Source: an uncultured bacterium (GTDB lineage: Bacteria; Zixibacteria; MSB-5A5; UBA10806). Taken from it: a DNA stretch of 64,000 nucleotides. This document shows, in pieces, positions 45,701-55,262 of the stretch (the first letter of the stretch is position 1; each line of letters begins with the position of its first letter). The DNA lies in the NCBI GenBank assembly GCA_965541585.1, contig CBEUCH010000001.1:64001-128000 (forward strand), given 5' to 3'. Under the pieces are notes generated by a model. The model was given only the letters and a program-made list of their open reading frames with translations, searched no databases and was not told where the DNA came from. A program made the position numbers and the translations under genes.

Positions 45701-46832
45701 GATCGCCAGACGAAAGGGGGATCTCGATCCAGCGCTGAAGCATTTTTCCTCTGCGCTGCAATACAGGGATAGGATTGATTCCGGGTTGACGGCTGAGATA
45801 CTCAATAATACAGGAATTTGCCTGTGGATGCTGGGGCGCCTTGATGAAGCCCTGCTAAAATATGGGGATGCCAGGGCCATTTATCTGGAGAAGAGAGATC
45901 TCCAGGGTATTGCCAAGATCTCGAACAACTCCGGTATTATCCAGGAGCAGAAGGGTAACCTGGCCGGGGCGGCGGAGTCCTACGGGGAAGCGGCAGCCGT
46001 TTTCGAGAGGATCGGAGATATCCGGTCCCAGGGCTTCTGCCATGGCAACCTGGCGACAAATTTCATTACCAGGGGCATACCCGCTATGTCCAGAGAATAT
46101 ATTGACAGGGCGCTGCAGCTGTTTGAGAAAATCGGTGATCGCGGCAGCTATGCCTTAACCGTTGGGAATCTGGCCGATTGGCACTACCTGGTAGGCGACA
46201 ACGAGGAGGCATCACAGGTTTGCGAACGCACCATCCAGCTGGCGAGTGAATTGAAGAATGAAGAGCTAATCTGCGAGACCAATATAAGAAAAGCTCTGCT
46301 GATGTTAATGGATGATACGGTTGATCCAATGATCCTGTTAAAAAACGCTTACGAAGAATCAGTGGAGAAAAAATGGCATGATCTCGGAATAAAAGCTGAA
46401 TTTTATCTTCTGGAATGGGAGATCCTGAGAGGACAATCCGGTAATCAAAAATCAGCTTTATCGAAGTTATCGAAATTGAAAAAGAAAAAACCGCCTCCGG
46501 AGTTAATCTGCAAAATAAATAAGCTCAAAGGTTTGTTAGAATATAAAAAAGGCAGTCAAAAAGCGGCTCGTATCTCCCTTATGGCTGCATATCGGGTCGC
46601 CAGGAAATGCGATCTGGTATGCGATTGCCGGGAGATTCTCGGTCTTTATGGCTTTCTCTGGCCGGATTATAGGAGGCCGGTAGAAAAGAGACTGAAAGAC
46701 CTCGAACTGCGGATTTTTGAAAATCTGCATGAGAGAAACGTCAGGCAGATGAAAGCCGGACTGGAAAGAAGGTTGAGTCTCTATCTTTCGATGGCTAACT
46801 CTCCCGTAAAGCAACCATCGACTGTCGTGTGA
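42786..46832 (+). CDS. Tandem class III nucleotide cyclase - STAND AAA ATPase - TPR protein (soluble adenylyl cyclase-like architecture)
   Basis: C1: FADLSGFT...KFGGD; C2: EYTAMGKGVNLAARL; Walker A GEAGSGKS; Walker B IIDDLHW; GNPFY; FKH; many TPRs. Confidence 0.9.
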   Translation: MKVHPKLQCLGYLSRLALQQVRDKRNLIEIRGSFLFADLSGFTAMSDRLSASGRLGSEELASTINKIFDPLLEIIFFYGGDVVKFGGDAVLALFDDNNHTARAASCGFSLLESIGPSCKVSTSVGDFAIAIHIGISSGSALSAIVGGEGGRYDHLFCGPDISLACAAADEAGSGELLLAENCKVYLENNLIEISSDKRFLSIKKPAESLAQPAEDNRKMIDLGQSRLRPFLPAGLWEKITIAANGRIEGEHRHITAMFMGIDGWHNNLVSQGDNRGGYYRFINKHIVELFAVTEKYGGNIVRLDPTDIGERALVLFGAPVLRENAPVDALKAALEMRKITDEISQALPKPLKIKIGINSGISYVGDVGGSFRREYTAMGKGVNLAARLMAKADWGEIIAGPVTLEAARGFFRTEVKGVSAVKGIEKTVTLERVIAEREALVSRKGSPNLIGREREIQILDEFVVNVLAGQGGLVQIFGEAGSGKSALMEKTNSEFEKDKIVILRAACFQHTSNTPLYPVGEILRQSLGVTEQDSREERKHRLQSALSDAGSLEWEGLLCRLMGYTIKPTPEISNLSETAKCNRAFQLINSLLLLRCGGNPACIIIDDLHWSDPTTIEFLNLHTGILVENGISVLLISRISELVPRYDSSIIIDLGLLDEKASARLFRSVLKRKVPDDFVAEIVKASGGNPFYLEEMAKAILDMGIEAWSESIGIPDSVERVITARIDRLDEMVKTTVRTASIIGRIFGLEDLTNIFPLQENKSHIPEYLDKSAALDITPLERTEPVIEYGFKHILTKEVAYSGLSYKSRKMLHHALAGYYRICGRGRGIGPELIGYHFERTETPKMAVPYYLLAGQAAGKAFSNPEAIFYFEKVLELLGPDGNPKMICRANLGLGRVFKLTGKYDNAEKHLKIASGASATCRFWRSEALKELSELYRIKTEFDKASEILSMLLDLDEGNPTYQATYQNGMGEIARRKGDLDPALKHFSSALQYRDRIDSGLTAEILNNTGICLWMLGRLDEALLKYGDARAIYLEKRDLQGIAKISNNSGIIQEQKGNLAGAAESYGEAAAVFERIGDIRSQGFCHGNLATNFITRGIPAMSREYIDRALQLFEKIGDRGSYALTVGNLADWHYLVGDNEEASQVCERTIQLASELKNEELICETNIRKALLMLMDDTVDPMILLKNAYEESVEKKWHDLGIKAEFYLLEWEILRGQSGNQKSALSKLSKLKKKKPPPELICKINKLKGLLEYKKGSQKAARISLMAAYRVARKCDLVCDCREILGLYGFLWPDYRRPVEKRLKDLELRIFENLHERNVRQMKAGLERRLSLYLSMANSPVKQPSTVV

Positions 46833-47126
46833 ATCAGCTGATTTGCATCTAAGATGAAAGCATTCGCTTGAGCTCAGGCATCATAATCGCAAATTCAAAT
46901 ATGCATAGATATTGAAGTCTGGTGTTTCGTATTCGCCCGAAAGGCGAGTCTTTATAGATGCCTGTCTTTTGAATTCTAAACCTCCACACGAATTATCTGC
47001 TCCCTTTCGCCTTGACAATCGCGCCGCAGGTGGATTTCTTGGTTTTGTTGTGAGGAAGTGTGCAGGTGCCGAGGGATCTTCGGATCGGGCGCCACGGATG
47101 GTTATCAGGATATGATCGAAGGAGGA

Positions 47127-48308
47127 ATGGTGAAAGAGGTAGTGGTAATAGATGGCGCGCGGACTCCGTTCGCGGAATTCTGTGGATCGCTAAAGGAGAT
47201 TATAGCCAACGATCTGGGAGCGATAGCGGCCAGGGGAGCCATGGAGCGTTCCGGGGTTAAGCCGGGTCAGATAAATCATGTTATATTCGGCAACGCCATG
47301 CAAACGTCGGGCGATGCCCTCTACGGGGCCCGCCATGTCGGCCTGAAATCGGGAGTTCCGATCGATGTGCCGGCGATCACGGTTAACAGGATCTGCGGGT
47401 CGGGTCTGCAGGCGTTAGTTTACGGCGCACAGCTTATTCAACTCGGTGAGGCGGATATCTGCCTGGTCGGTGGGATGGAAAATATGTCGCAATGCCCCCA
47501 TGTGATTCGAGGCGCTCGCTGGGGTCTGCCGCTCGGGCAGGGGCAGATGGAGGATGCGCTCTGGGTCGCGCTGTCGGATTCATACAACAATATGAGCATG
47601 GCCATAACGGCTGAGAATCTGGCGGCAAAATATAGTATCTCCCGTGAGGAGCAGGATAAATTCGCCCTCAGATCACAGAACGCCGCTATCAACGCCCGCG
47701 ATAAGGGCTGGTTGAAGGAGGAGATGGTTCCGGTGATGCTGCGGGATCGCAAAGGAAACGAAACCGAGTTCTGGACCGACGAGCATATACGGGAAACCTC
47801 AATAGAAAAACTCGGCAAACTTCGAGCGGTGTTTAAGAAGGACGGTGGTGTCACCGCGGGCAACGCGTCGGGGATAAACGACGGGGCTTCTGCGCTGGTT
47901 ATCGCGTCGGCGGAAAAAGCCAAAGATCTGGGCCTGACACCGAAGGCGAAGCTGATGTCCCATGCCGTCTGCGCTGTCGATCCGGATATCATGGGGATAG
48001 GCCCGGTACCGGCTATAAGAAAGGCCGCCGAAAAGGCCGGGACGAAAGTTCATGATTTTGACCTCGCGGAAATTAACGAAGCCTTTGCAGCGCAATACCT
48101 GGCCTGTGAGAAAGAACTGGAACTCGATCGCAACAAGGTCAACGTGAACGGTGGCGCCATCGCGCTCGGACATCCCCTGGGCGCATCCGGGGCGCGTCTG
48201 GCCTTGACACTGATTTACGAGATGCATCGACGAGATGCTAAGACGGGCGTGGCGTCGCTGTGCATCGGCGGAGGACAGGGTATTGCCGCCGCGTTTGAGA
48301 AGATTTAG
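47127..48308 (+). CDS. Acetyl-CoA C-acetyltransferase (thiolase)
   Basis: NRICGSG, NEAFA, GHPLGASG, CIGGGQG motifs; start ATG 47127 or GTG 47130 behind GGAGG. Confidence 0.95.
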   Translation: MVKEVVVIDGARTPFAEFCGSLKEIIANDLGAIAARGAMERSGVKPGQINHVIFGNAMQTSGDALYGARHVGLKSGVPIDVPAITVNRICGSGLQALVYGAQLIQLGEADICLVGGMENMSQCPHVIRGARWGLPLGQGQMEDALWVALSDSYNNMSMAITAENLAAKYSISREEQDKFALRSQNAAINARDKGWLKEEMVPVMLRDRKGNETEFWTDEHIRETSIEKLGKLRAVFKKDGGVTAGNASGINDGASALVIASAEKAKDLGLTPKAKLMSHAVCAVDPDIMGIGPVPAIRKAAEKAGTKVHDFDLAEINEAFAAQYLACEKELELDRNKVNVNGGAIALGHPLGASGARLALTLIYEMHRRDAKTGVASLCIGGGQGIAAAFEKI

Positions 48309-48380
48309 TTCTCGAACATATGCAGTATAAATCGCAAACGTCATAGCCTGAAATAATCCTTTTAATCTGTCGGAGAAAGT

Positions 48381-48755
48381 ATGAGAAGATTTCTTGCTAT
48401 TTGCATAACGCTTTTTTGCGTGGCCTTGTCTGCCAGGGCGGATGACGGCCCGCTGGGTTTTGCCCCGATCGTAAACGAGGTCTCGGTCTATCAAAATAGT
48501 TCCGATGAGGGGGACGATCTCGGTCAGACATTGCAAATCATCTCCATAAACGAGATAAAATTGGGCACCGCTTTCAACCTGGAATTCACGGCCGATTTCA
48601 ATCGCAGGATGACTCCGGGAGAAGATAAAGATTACTATCTCGAAATAAGCCTGGTAAAACCGGTCTGGAAGAAACTTTCGGTTAATTATCAAAGGATTCA
48701 CGGGACTTTCATAGCCGATCCTGTTAACCAGTTTGGAGTGCGATGGAGCTTCTGA
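48381..48755 (+). CDS. Hypothetical small secreted beta-strand (probable outer-membrane) protein
   Basis: Signal peptide, amphipathic strands, C-terminal WSF. Confidence 0.6.
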   Translation: MRRFLAICITLFCVALSARADDGPLGFAPIVNEVSVYQNSSDEGDDLGQTLQIISINEIKLGTAFNLEFTADFNRRMTPGEDKDYYLEISLVKPVWKKLSVNYQRIHGTFIADPVNQFGVRWSF

Positions 48756-49336
48756 AGAAAAACTTCCCGATATTATTTGCCATAGTACTGTTGGGATGCG
48801 GTTCTCATAATTACAGACCGCGAACCGGAGATATAGTCCTCCAGGACTTAAAAAGCCCATCATCCGAGGCCATCAAGCTGGCAACCGACTCACCCTATTC
48901 TCATTGCGGCCTGGTGTCCGTGGAGGGTGATGTTGCATTCGTCATCGAGGCTGTAGGACCCGTCAGGAAGATTCCCCTCGAAAAGTGGATCGAAAACGGC
49001 GAGGGATCATATTCTGCCTTGCGGCTGAAAGAAAGTGGAAATGTCGATGATGCAATTCTCGCCGCTGAAGAGTATCTGGGTTTGCCATATGACCACATGT
49101 ACCTCTGGAGCGATGATGAGTTTTATTGCTCCGAACTCGTCTACAAAGCATTCATCAGGGGCTGCGGGATAAGCCTATGCGATCTGAGAAAGTTTGAAGA
49201 ATACAATCTTGAATCCGTGGAAAGCGCTATCCGGGAACGCTTCGGGGAAATCCCTGTCGGACAAAAGGTTGTGACGCCCGAGGATCTGGCGCATTCAGCC
49301 CTGCTGAAGCCTGTCTATTCAAATATGAAGGAATAG
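48743..49336 (+). CDS. YiiX/YebB-like permuted papain-like (NlpC/P60) amidase lipoprotein
   Basis: Lipobox LLGC; GDIV, YSHCG, PYD, YCSELV, VTP motifs. Confidence 0.85.
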   Translation: MELLKKNFPILFAIVLLGCGSHNYRPRTGDIVLQDLKSPSSEAIKLATDSPYSHCGLVSVEGDVAFVIEAVGPVRKIPLEKWIENGEGSYSALRLKESGNVDDAILAAEEYLGLPYDHMYLWSDDEFYCSELVYKAFIRGCGISLCDLRKFEEYNLESVESAIRERFGEIPVGQKVVTPEDLAHSALLKPVYSNMKE

Positions 49337-49590
49337 CATCGTTTTGTACCTGCAATTACCCAGTAATTGTGTCTGCCACTTCGGTCTTGTGTCGATTCTC
49401 TGTTTTTTGAGCCTCCTGCAACAAAATTTCCATGTGAAATCTCTGTAATAGCTTAGCTTCTAACACCTTACGCGAATCGGAAGAAGTGTTTCAAATTTTA
49501 ACGTTTGACGTCTCTTCCAACCAAAGCAAATTTTAATCGATCCTCATTCCGATAATTGAAAAGTAACCAAATATTATCACGGGAGGACCG

Positions 49591-51501
49591 ATGAAGAAGC
49601 TTCTGATCAAGTGCATAATCCTGTCGCTTATGGCGATGGTGTTTATTGCATGTGAAGAGGATGTGACAGAGCCGGGGGCTCATTCGGGTGCGGTAACTTT
49701 CAATCTGACCGCCCCGGCCTTCGAGGAGATTTCCGGTAATCAGGTTTATGTAGGTCTGTTCTCATCATGGAACGACAGTATCCCGTTCGTCATCGAGGAT
49801 GGAACATTTTCTGGAAGCGTTACTACCCTGGAGATAGCCGATGTCGATCCGGGAACGTATGTGGCGATTGCAGCGATCAACGGCGAGGGAGACGGTTTCC
49901 CGGCTGACGAACCCTTTGGGGACCATGATCTATTCTGGATGGGTCTCGATTTGGAAGTCGATGGCGACGAAGTTATAAACGTATCCCAGTACGCCTGGCA
50001 GGAAATAGAGTTGCCTGCAATACTTGTCGGTTTTAGAGGTTTACCTGCCGGCCACGATGGGGATATTTTCGCCTGCGGAATATTCCCGGACGAAACGGAT
50101 ATTTTTGCAGATCCCGGGGCCGAACCATACTACGGTGGTGTCGGTATTGTCTATAATACCTCAGCTGTGCTCGCATTACATCCTGAAGACGATTCCGCAG
50201 AATCCGCGCTTCCTTCAGGCAGTTATGATCTCTGGATGCTCCTGGATGTCGACGGTAATATGGCAGATTGGCATGATACGACAGATCATATGCGGCATTA
50301 TCCTTTATCAAACGGCGATCTTATATCCAGCCATGATTTTACTTTCGACGCTTCAGATGATGCCGACTACGGTCAACTTATAACAGCGGCTGCATTTACG
50401 GAGGTTCAGGCTTTTATTTTGACATTGAATTTAACTGTCCCGACAGGTGAAAATCTGGAAGGCAATATTGTTCTGGGCGCGGTCTGGACAAGCTTCGAGG
50501 ATGAGGATCCGTTCGCAATGGATACAACCACCATTTCCTCTGGTTTGGCCACGCTTCAAATCCCGGTCATTGCAGATGCAGAATTCTCCGTAGCGGTGTT
50601 TTTGGATAGGGACGGAGGCGGTTTCGATTATTCTGATGATGGCCCTCTCGATTATGGCGATTACTTCTGGGGTGCGATGAACATTTCAATGACGGCCAGT
50701 ATGACAGTTAGTGTCACGGCTAATGCCTGGCAGCAATTTCATTCTATGATAGTCGGCGTGGATAACATTCCGGCCGGGCATGACGGTGAGATCTTTTCTC
50801 TGGCGGTTACTCCGGCCGACGGTAATCCATTTAATCCATACCGGGATGATGTCGCAATGGGAGGATTCGGGCTGATCTATAACAGTTCTGCTATAATCAT
50901 GCCCTGGCCTTTTGGTGAAGCCGATTCAGCCTGGACGTTGCAGAATGGTGATTATAAAATCTGGTGTCTCATTGACGTCGATGGCGTTCTTGATGATTAC
51001 CTGAATGCGGACGATTCATCAGCGTTCAGTCCCGTGACCGATGGCGATTACTACACGGTTTATGACTATACTTATCCCCCCGCACAAGCTGATGATAATT
51101 TTATACAGATATCGGGAAGCTTTTCGCCGGTAGTGGGGATTAGCGGCACAGCATCCTGCCCGGACTGGACCAGCGGCGGCGGTGGTACTTATGTCTATCT
51201 TTTTGCGGAAAATCCCCTCGTCAGCGATACCGCCGATGCGTATTCGATGGCATCCTTAGCTCGGCCGGGAGCTTATTGGCTCCCCTGCCTGCCCGGGGAT
51301 TCCGTGTATGCCGTCGGTTTCTGGGATATCGATAATTCCGGTGAGTGGGATGGCCCCTCGCAAGACGATTTGATCGGCGGATATGGATCGTCAGTCGACT
51401 CCCTGGAAGCCGTTCTTTGCACGCAGTTAGGCGTCGGCAATATAGATTTTGTTCTCGATACGCCGTATGATACGACACTATTCGAAGGCCCACGCAGGTA
51501 A
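49591..51501 (+). CDS. Highly acidic lipoprotein with an internal tandem duplication, function unknown
   Basis: Lipobox FIAC; two ~240-aa repeats sharing PAGHDG(D/E)IF and DVDG motifs. Confidence 0.8.
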   Translation: MKKLLIKCIILSLMAMVFIACEEDVTEPGAHSGAVTFNLTAPAFEEISGNQVYVGLFSSWNDSIPFVIEDGTFSGSVTTLEIADVDPGTYVAIAAINGEGDGFPADEPFGDHDLFWMGLDLEVDGDEVINVSQYAWQEIELPAILVGFRGLPAGHDGDIFACGIFPDETDIFADPGAEPYYGGVGIVYNTSAVLALHPEDDSAESALPSGSYDLWMLLDVDGNMADWHDTTDHMRHYPLSNGDLISSHDFTFDASDDADYGQLITAAAFTEVQAFILTLNLTVPTGENLEGNIVLGAVWTSFEDEDPFAMDTTTISSGLATLQIPVIADAEFSVAVFLDRDGGGFDYSDDGPLDYGDYFWGAMNISMTASMTVSVTANAWQQFHSMIVGVDNIPAGHDGEIFSLAVTPADGNPFNPYRDDVAMGGFGLIYNSSAIIMPWPFGEADSAWTLQNGDYKIWCLIDVDGVLDDYLNADDSSAFSPVTDGDYYTVYDYTYPPAQADDNFIQISGSFSPVVGISGTASCPDWTSGGGGTYVYLFAENPLVSDTADAYSMASLARPGAYWLPCLPGDSVYAVGFWDIDNSGEWDGPSQDDLIGGYGSSVDSLEAVLCTQLGVGNIDFVLDTPYDTTLFEGPRR

Positions 51502-51521
51502 ACAGCATCGATAATTTGAGA

Positions 51522-51545
51522 GGCCGGCTTGATGCCGGCCTTTTT
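51522..51545 (+). terminator. Intrinsic terminator
   Basis: AGGCCGGC-TTGAT-GCCGGCCT followed by a T run. Confidence 0.8.
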
Positions 51546-51711
51546 CCTTTTATGAGTTAACCTCTTGCGCAAGCATATTATATCTATATCAGGCATTTTG
51601 CAGGACGTGCTGGTTTCCCCATTTGACAACAATATTGTTTTTGAGTAGCTTTAATAATGTGAAAAGACGCAATCGACAAGAGTTACGTTTAGAAATTAAA
51701 AGGGTGTCAAT

Positions 51712-52251
51712 GTGTTAAAGTGGATCATTTTCGGCTTTCTGGTTATAGCAGTTTTATCGTGTTCGAATGCGGTATTGAAAAATCCATTTGAAAAAGACAA
51801 TATTACCGATCTGACCGAGCGAGAACTCTGGCGGATGCACAAAGATGTCCGTTTCGCAGGCTTTATATATGACGATCGTTCTGAAATAGAGGGGCTCCTG
51901 CTTCGATGGCAGCCGGATTCGATCCTGATTCAGCCAAGAGGAGCGGATCAGCCGATAAGAATCCCTTCATCCGGAATAACAGGGATAAGAATTGAAACAG
52001 GTAATAGAATCCTGGAGAGCCTGATCTTAGGAACGGTGGCTGCAGCGGCGTATGTTGGGTCGGTTAAGAGCTATGATCTTGGCGAGACAACCGCGACAGA
52101 GGCAATGACCAAACTCCTGGGGCCTCCACTGATAATTTTCGGCGCTATCGCCGTCGGATCAAGCATGGAGAAATACAGGCTGTACCGGGTGCCCGAGGGA
52201 TTCGAGTTCGATTTTGAAGAAGCCAATTCGCTTTATGAACTTCTGGAGTAG
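51712..52251 (+). CDS. Hypothetical lipoprotein
   Basis: GTG start, lipobox VLSC, two hydrophobic helices; TTGACA-N17-TAGCTT upstream. Confidence 0.65.
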   Translation: MLKWIIFGFLVIAVLSCSNAVLKNPFEKDNITDLTERELWRMHKDVRFAGFIYDDRSEIEGLLLRWQPDSILIQPRGADQPIRIPSSGITGIRIETGNRILESLILGTVAAAAYVGSVKSYDLGETTATEAMTKLLGPPLIIFGAIAVGSSMEKYRLYRVPEGFEFDFEEANSLYELLE

Positions 52252-52529
52252 ATCCACGAGCTTCGAATCCGAATAGACGTAAAATTCACTGGCAGGACCT
52301 TTAGCCTCCGCTGGACCAGGATTATTTGAATAATATAGATATTGCGGAGATATCGGGAGGAATTCTTTCCTGGCAACTGACCGATCAAACTTTCGATATG
52401 TTCATATACATTATTCACTTGACAGTTTCCTGCGGTTGTCTTTCCTTTGTAAAAGGTTGTTTGAATTTATGCCAAAATCCCGAGAAGCCGACAACAGAGC
52501 ACTTGTTTAATCATAGACAGAGGTAGCCT

Positions 52530-52952
52530 ATGGATATTGAAGTTCGACTGGCAGAAAAGAGCGATCTCAAGATTATCCACGAGATCTTAGGGGAGATCCA
52601 GGAATGCGAGATTGAAAATAGGCTGAAGAGATTCGAAGAAGCTTTAAAGTCCGATTTTTCGACCTATTTGCTGGCGGTTACCGATGGCAAGGTAGTAGGT
52701 TATCTGAATACCTGGCATCTCCCCGATCTGGTTGACGGCGAGGTACTTTGTATCCTGCTGGATTGCTATGTCTCAGCCGAGTTTCGGCACAGGGGAGTGG
52801 GCAGGATGCTGTTGGAGGGAGCCATCGAGGAGGGAAGAAAGCATAATGTCAATAAGTATTACGGCTGGATGGATTTTGAGAACAAACCTGCGATCTCACT
52901 TCTAAAAAAGCACGGGTTCTCCACGGAAAGCTTGATGCTGGAGAAAAGGTGA
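52530..52952 (+). CDS. GNAT family N-acetyltransferase
   Basis: V...FRHRGVG motif A; N..A..L.KKHGF. Confidence 0.88.
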   Translation: MDIEVRLAEKSDLKIIHEILGEIQECEIENRLKRFEEALKSDFSTYLLAVTDGKVVGYLNTWHLPDLVDGEVLCILLDCYVSAEFRHRGVGRMLLEGAIEEGRKHNVNKYYGWMDFENKPAISLLKKHGFSTESLMLEKR

Positions 52953-53093
52953 AAATCAGGCGTAAACATGAGATTCCGAAAGCAGCTTGAGATCCTTTTT
53001 CGATTATTGTATTTTAATATCCGGCTTATGGCGGACGTTTAGTCATCAGGATTCTCTGGGCTATCAATCGGATGACTTGGCGGGAGGCTGGAA

Positions 53094-53489
53094 GTGTATA
53101 GATCACTGCAGGGCAGGTGCGGGCTTTATTGCGGCGATTGCGAGATCTACATTGCCTATTCCACTAATGACACCAAAGCTCAGCGAAAAATAGCCCGAAA
53201 ACTGAGCAAGGAGCGCGGAGAGACCATATCGCCCGATCAGATTAAATGCCTTGGCTGCAAGGGCCCTGATACATCATGCTGGGGGGCGACCTGCAAGATA
53301 AGAATCTGCGTCGAGGAGAGAGGAATTGAGTTCTGTTACCAGTGTCGCGATTATTCATGCGATGAACTCAATTCATTTTTCGAAAAAAAGCCGGCGGCTC
53401 GGGAAAACTTGAGGATGATTTCCAAGATCGGGCCGGATGCCTGGATAACGGCCATGATGTCGCGATCCGGGAAAGGAACAAATGGCTGA
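53094..53489 (+). CDS. DUF3795 Cys-rich protein
   Basis: CGLYCGDC, CLGCK, CKIRIC...FCYQC..YSC. Confidence 0.85.
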   Translation: MYRSLQGRCGLYCGDCEIYIAYSTNDTKAQRKIARKLSKERGETISPDQIKCLGCKGPDTSCWGATCKIRICVEERGIEFCYQCRDYSCDELNSFFEKKPAARENLRMISKIGPDAWITAMMSRSGKGTNG

Positions 53490-53561
53490 GATCCTGAATG
53501 AGAAAGCTCAATGGATTTTGAGGTGTTACATATTTGATGATTTTTCAGATGAGGAGTTTTG

Positions 53562-54419
53562 ATGGAGATTGAGAAAATTGGTGTTTGCGGTTGCGGGCTA
53601 ATGGGTTCGGGCATCGCCGAGGTGGCATCGAAGGCCGGTATGATGGTCGTGGTCCGCGAGATCAATGAAAGTTTATTGAAAAAAGGTCTGGGCCGGATAG
53701 ATAAATCTCTCTCCCGTGCGGTGGAAAAGGGGAAGCTCGACGGGGCAGGGAAAAAGGCTGTGCTTGACAAGATCACCGGGACCACAAAGCTCGAAGATTT
53801 CAAGGATTGTGATCTGGTATGCGAGGCGATCATAGAAAACATCGACGTGAAAATCGAACTCTACAAGGATCTCGACGGCATCGTGAAGATGGACGCGGTC
53901 TTCGCCTCGAATACCTCCTCTCTTTCCATCACGGAGATGGGCGCGGCAACCGGCCGTCCGGCCAAGTTCTGCGGTCTGCATTTCTTCAACCCGGTGCCTG
54001 TTATGAAGCTGGTGGAGGTCGTCAGGACGGTTGCCACATCGGACCAGACTTTCGAAACGGCGAAAGCGTTCGGAGAAAAGCTGGGCAAGGTGGTGGTATC
54101 CTGCAAAGATACACCGGGATTTGTCGTCAATCGTATTCTGGTGCCTTATCTGCTCGATGCCATTCGGGCGCTGGAGTCCGGGGTTGCCACCAGAGAGGAT
54201 ATCGATACGAGTATGAAGCTTGGTTGCGGCTACCCCATGGGTCCGCTCGAGCTGACCGATTTCGTCGGGCTGGATACGACTTATTATATCGCTGAGATTC
54301 TATTCGACGAGTTCAAAGATCACCATTACGCCGCCCCGCCCCTCTTGAAGGCTATGGTCAAGGCGGGATATTGCGGACGGAAGACGGGACGCGGATTTTA
54401 CGACTATACAAAGAGGTAG
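53562..54419 (+). CDS. hbd: 3-hydroxybutyryl-CoA dehydrogenase
   Basis: GCGLMGSGIA, ASNTSSL, HFFNPVPVMKLVE, GFVVNR, PMGP. Confidence 0.93.
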   Translation: MEIEKIGVCGCGLMGSGIAEVASKAGMMVVVREINESLLKKGLGRIDKSLSRAVEKGKLDGAGKKAVLDKITGTTKLEDFKDCDLVCEAIIENIDVKIELYKDLDGIVKMDAVFASNTSSLSITEMGAATGRPAKFCGLHFFNPVPVMKLVEVVRTVATSDQTFETAKAFGEKLGKVVVSCKDTPGFVVNRILVPYLLDAIRALESGVATREDIDTSMKLGCGYPMGPLELTDFVGLDTTYYIAEILFDEFKDHHYAAPPLLKAMVKAGYCGRKTGRGFYDYTKR

Positions 54420-54428
54420 GAAACACTG

Positions 54429-55211
54429 ATGGAGTATAAAAATATCAAGCTCGGGAAGGACGGTTCGGTCGCCATTGTCACAATTGACCGTCCTCAGATG
54501 CTGAATGCTCTAAACGATGAGACCATTGCCGAACTCGACCACTGCTTCACTGCCATTGCCGATGACGAAAGCATACTGTGCGTCATTCTGACAGGTGGCG
54601 GCGAAAAGTCATTTGTGGCCGGCGCCGATATAAATGAGCTGGCGGTCTGCGACGTCGTCTCCGGCCGTGCCAAGTGCGATCGGGGGCAGAAATTGTTGTC
54701 CAAAATAGAAAATCTACGGCAGCCGGTCATAGCCGCTATCAACGGTTTTGCTCTTGGCGGTGGATGCGAAATTGCCATGGCCTGCGATATCAGGCTGGCA
54801 TCGGAAAAAGCCAAGATCGGACAACCGGAGGTGAGTCTCGGCATAATACCCGGCTACGGCGGCACGCAGCGGCTGTCCCGGCTGGTGGGCCGCGGCAAGG
54901 CCAAGCAGATGATATTCACCGGCGATCATATCAACGCCGCGGAGGCGCTTCGGATCGGCCTGGTGGACGAGGTTTACCCGCCTGAAGAGTTGATGACAAA
55001 GGCCAAGGAGATGGCCCGGAAGATAGCGTCCAAAGGCCCCCTGGCAATAACGGCCGCCAAGGAAGCGATCAATCTCGGCCTCGATGTCGATCTGAAATCC
55101 GGCTGCGAGCACGAGGCGTCGCTGTTCGCAGGGATCTGCGCCTCCGAGGATAAAACCGAGGGGACCAAAGCATTTTTGGAAAAAAGAAAGGCGGAGTTTA
55201 AGGGGAAGTAA
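54429..55211 (+). CDS. crt: Enoyl-CoA hydratase (crotonase)
   Basis: FVAGADI, ALGGGCE, GQPEVSLGIIPGYGGTQRL. Confidence 0.92.
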   Translation: MEYKNIKLGKDGSVAIVTIDRPQMLNALNDETIAELDHCFTAIADDESILCVILTGGGEKSFVAGADINELAVCDVVSGRAKCDRGQKLLSKIENLRQPVIAAINGFALGGGCEIAMACDIRLASEKAKIGQPEVSLGIIPGYGGTQRLSRLVGRGKAKQMIFTGDHINAAEALRIGLVDEVYPPEELMTKAKEMARKIASKGPLAITAAKEAINLGLDVDLKSGCEHEASLFAGICASEDKTEGTKAFLEKRKAEFKGK

Positions 55212-55262
55212 GAAGCTTATTTTGATGCTAAAATAACGAGCTTGCTTTGCTAAAGGGAACCG

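Noticed and set aside
47799..48863. 354-aa minus-strand ORF
   Set aside because: Antisense to thiolase and two further well-supported genes; no recognisable motifs
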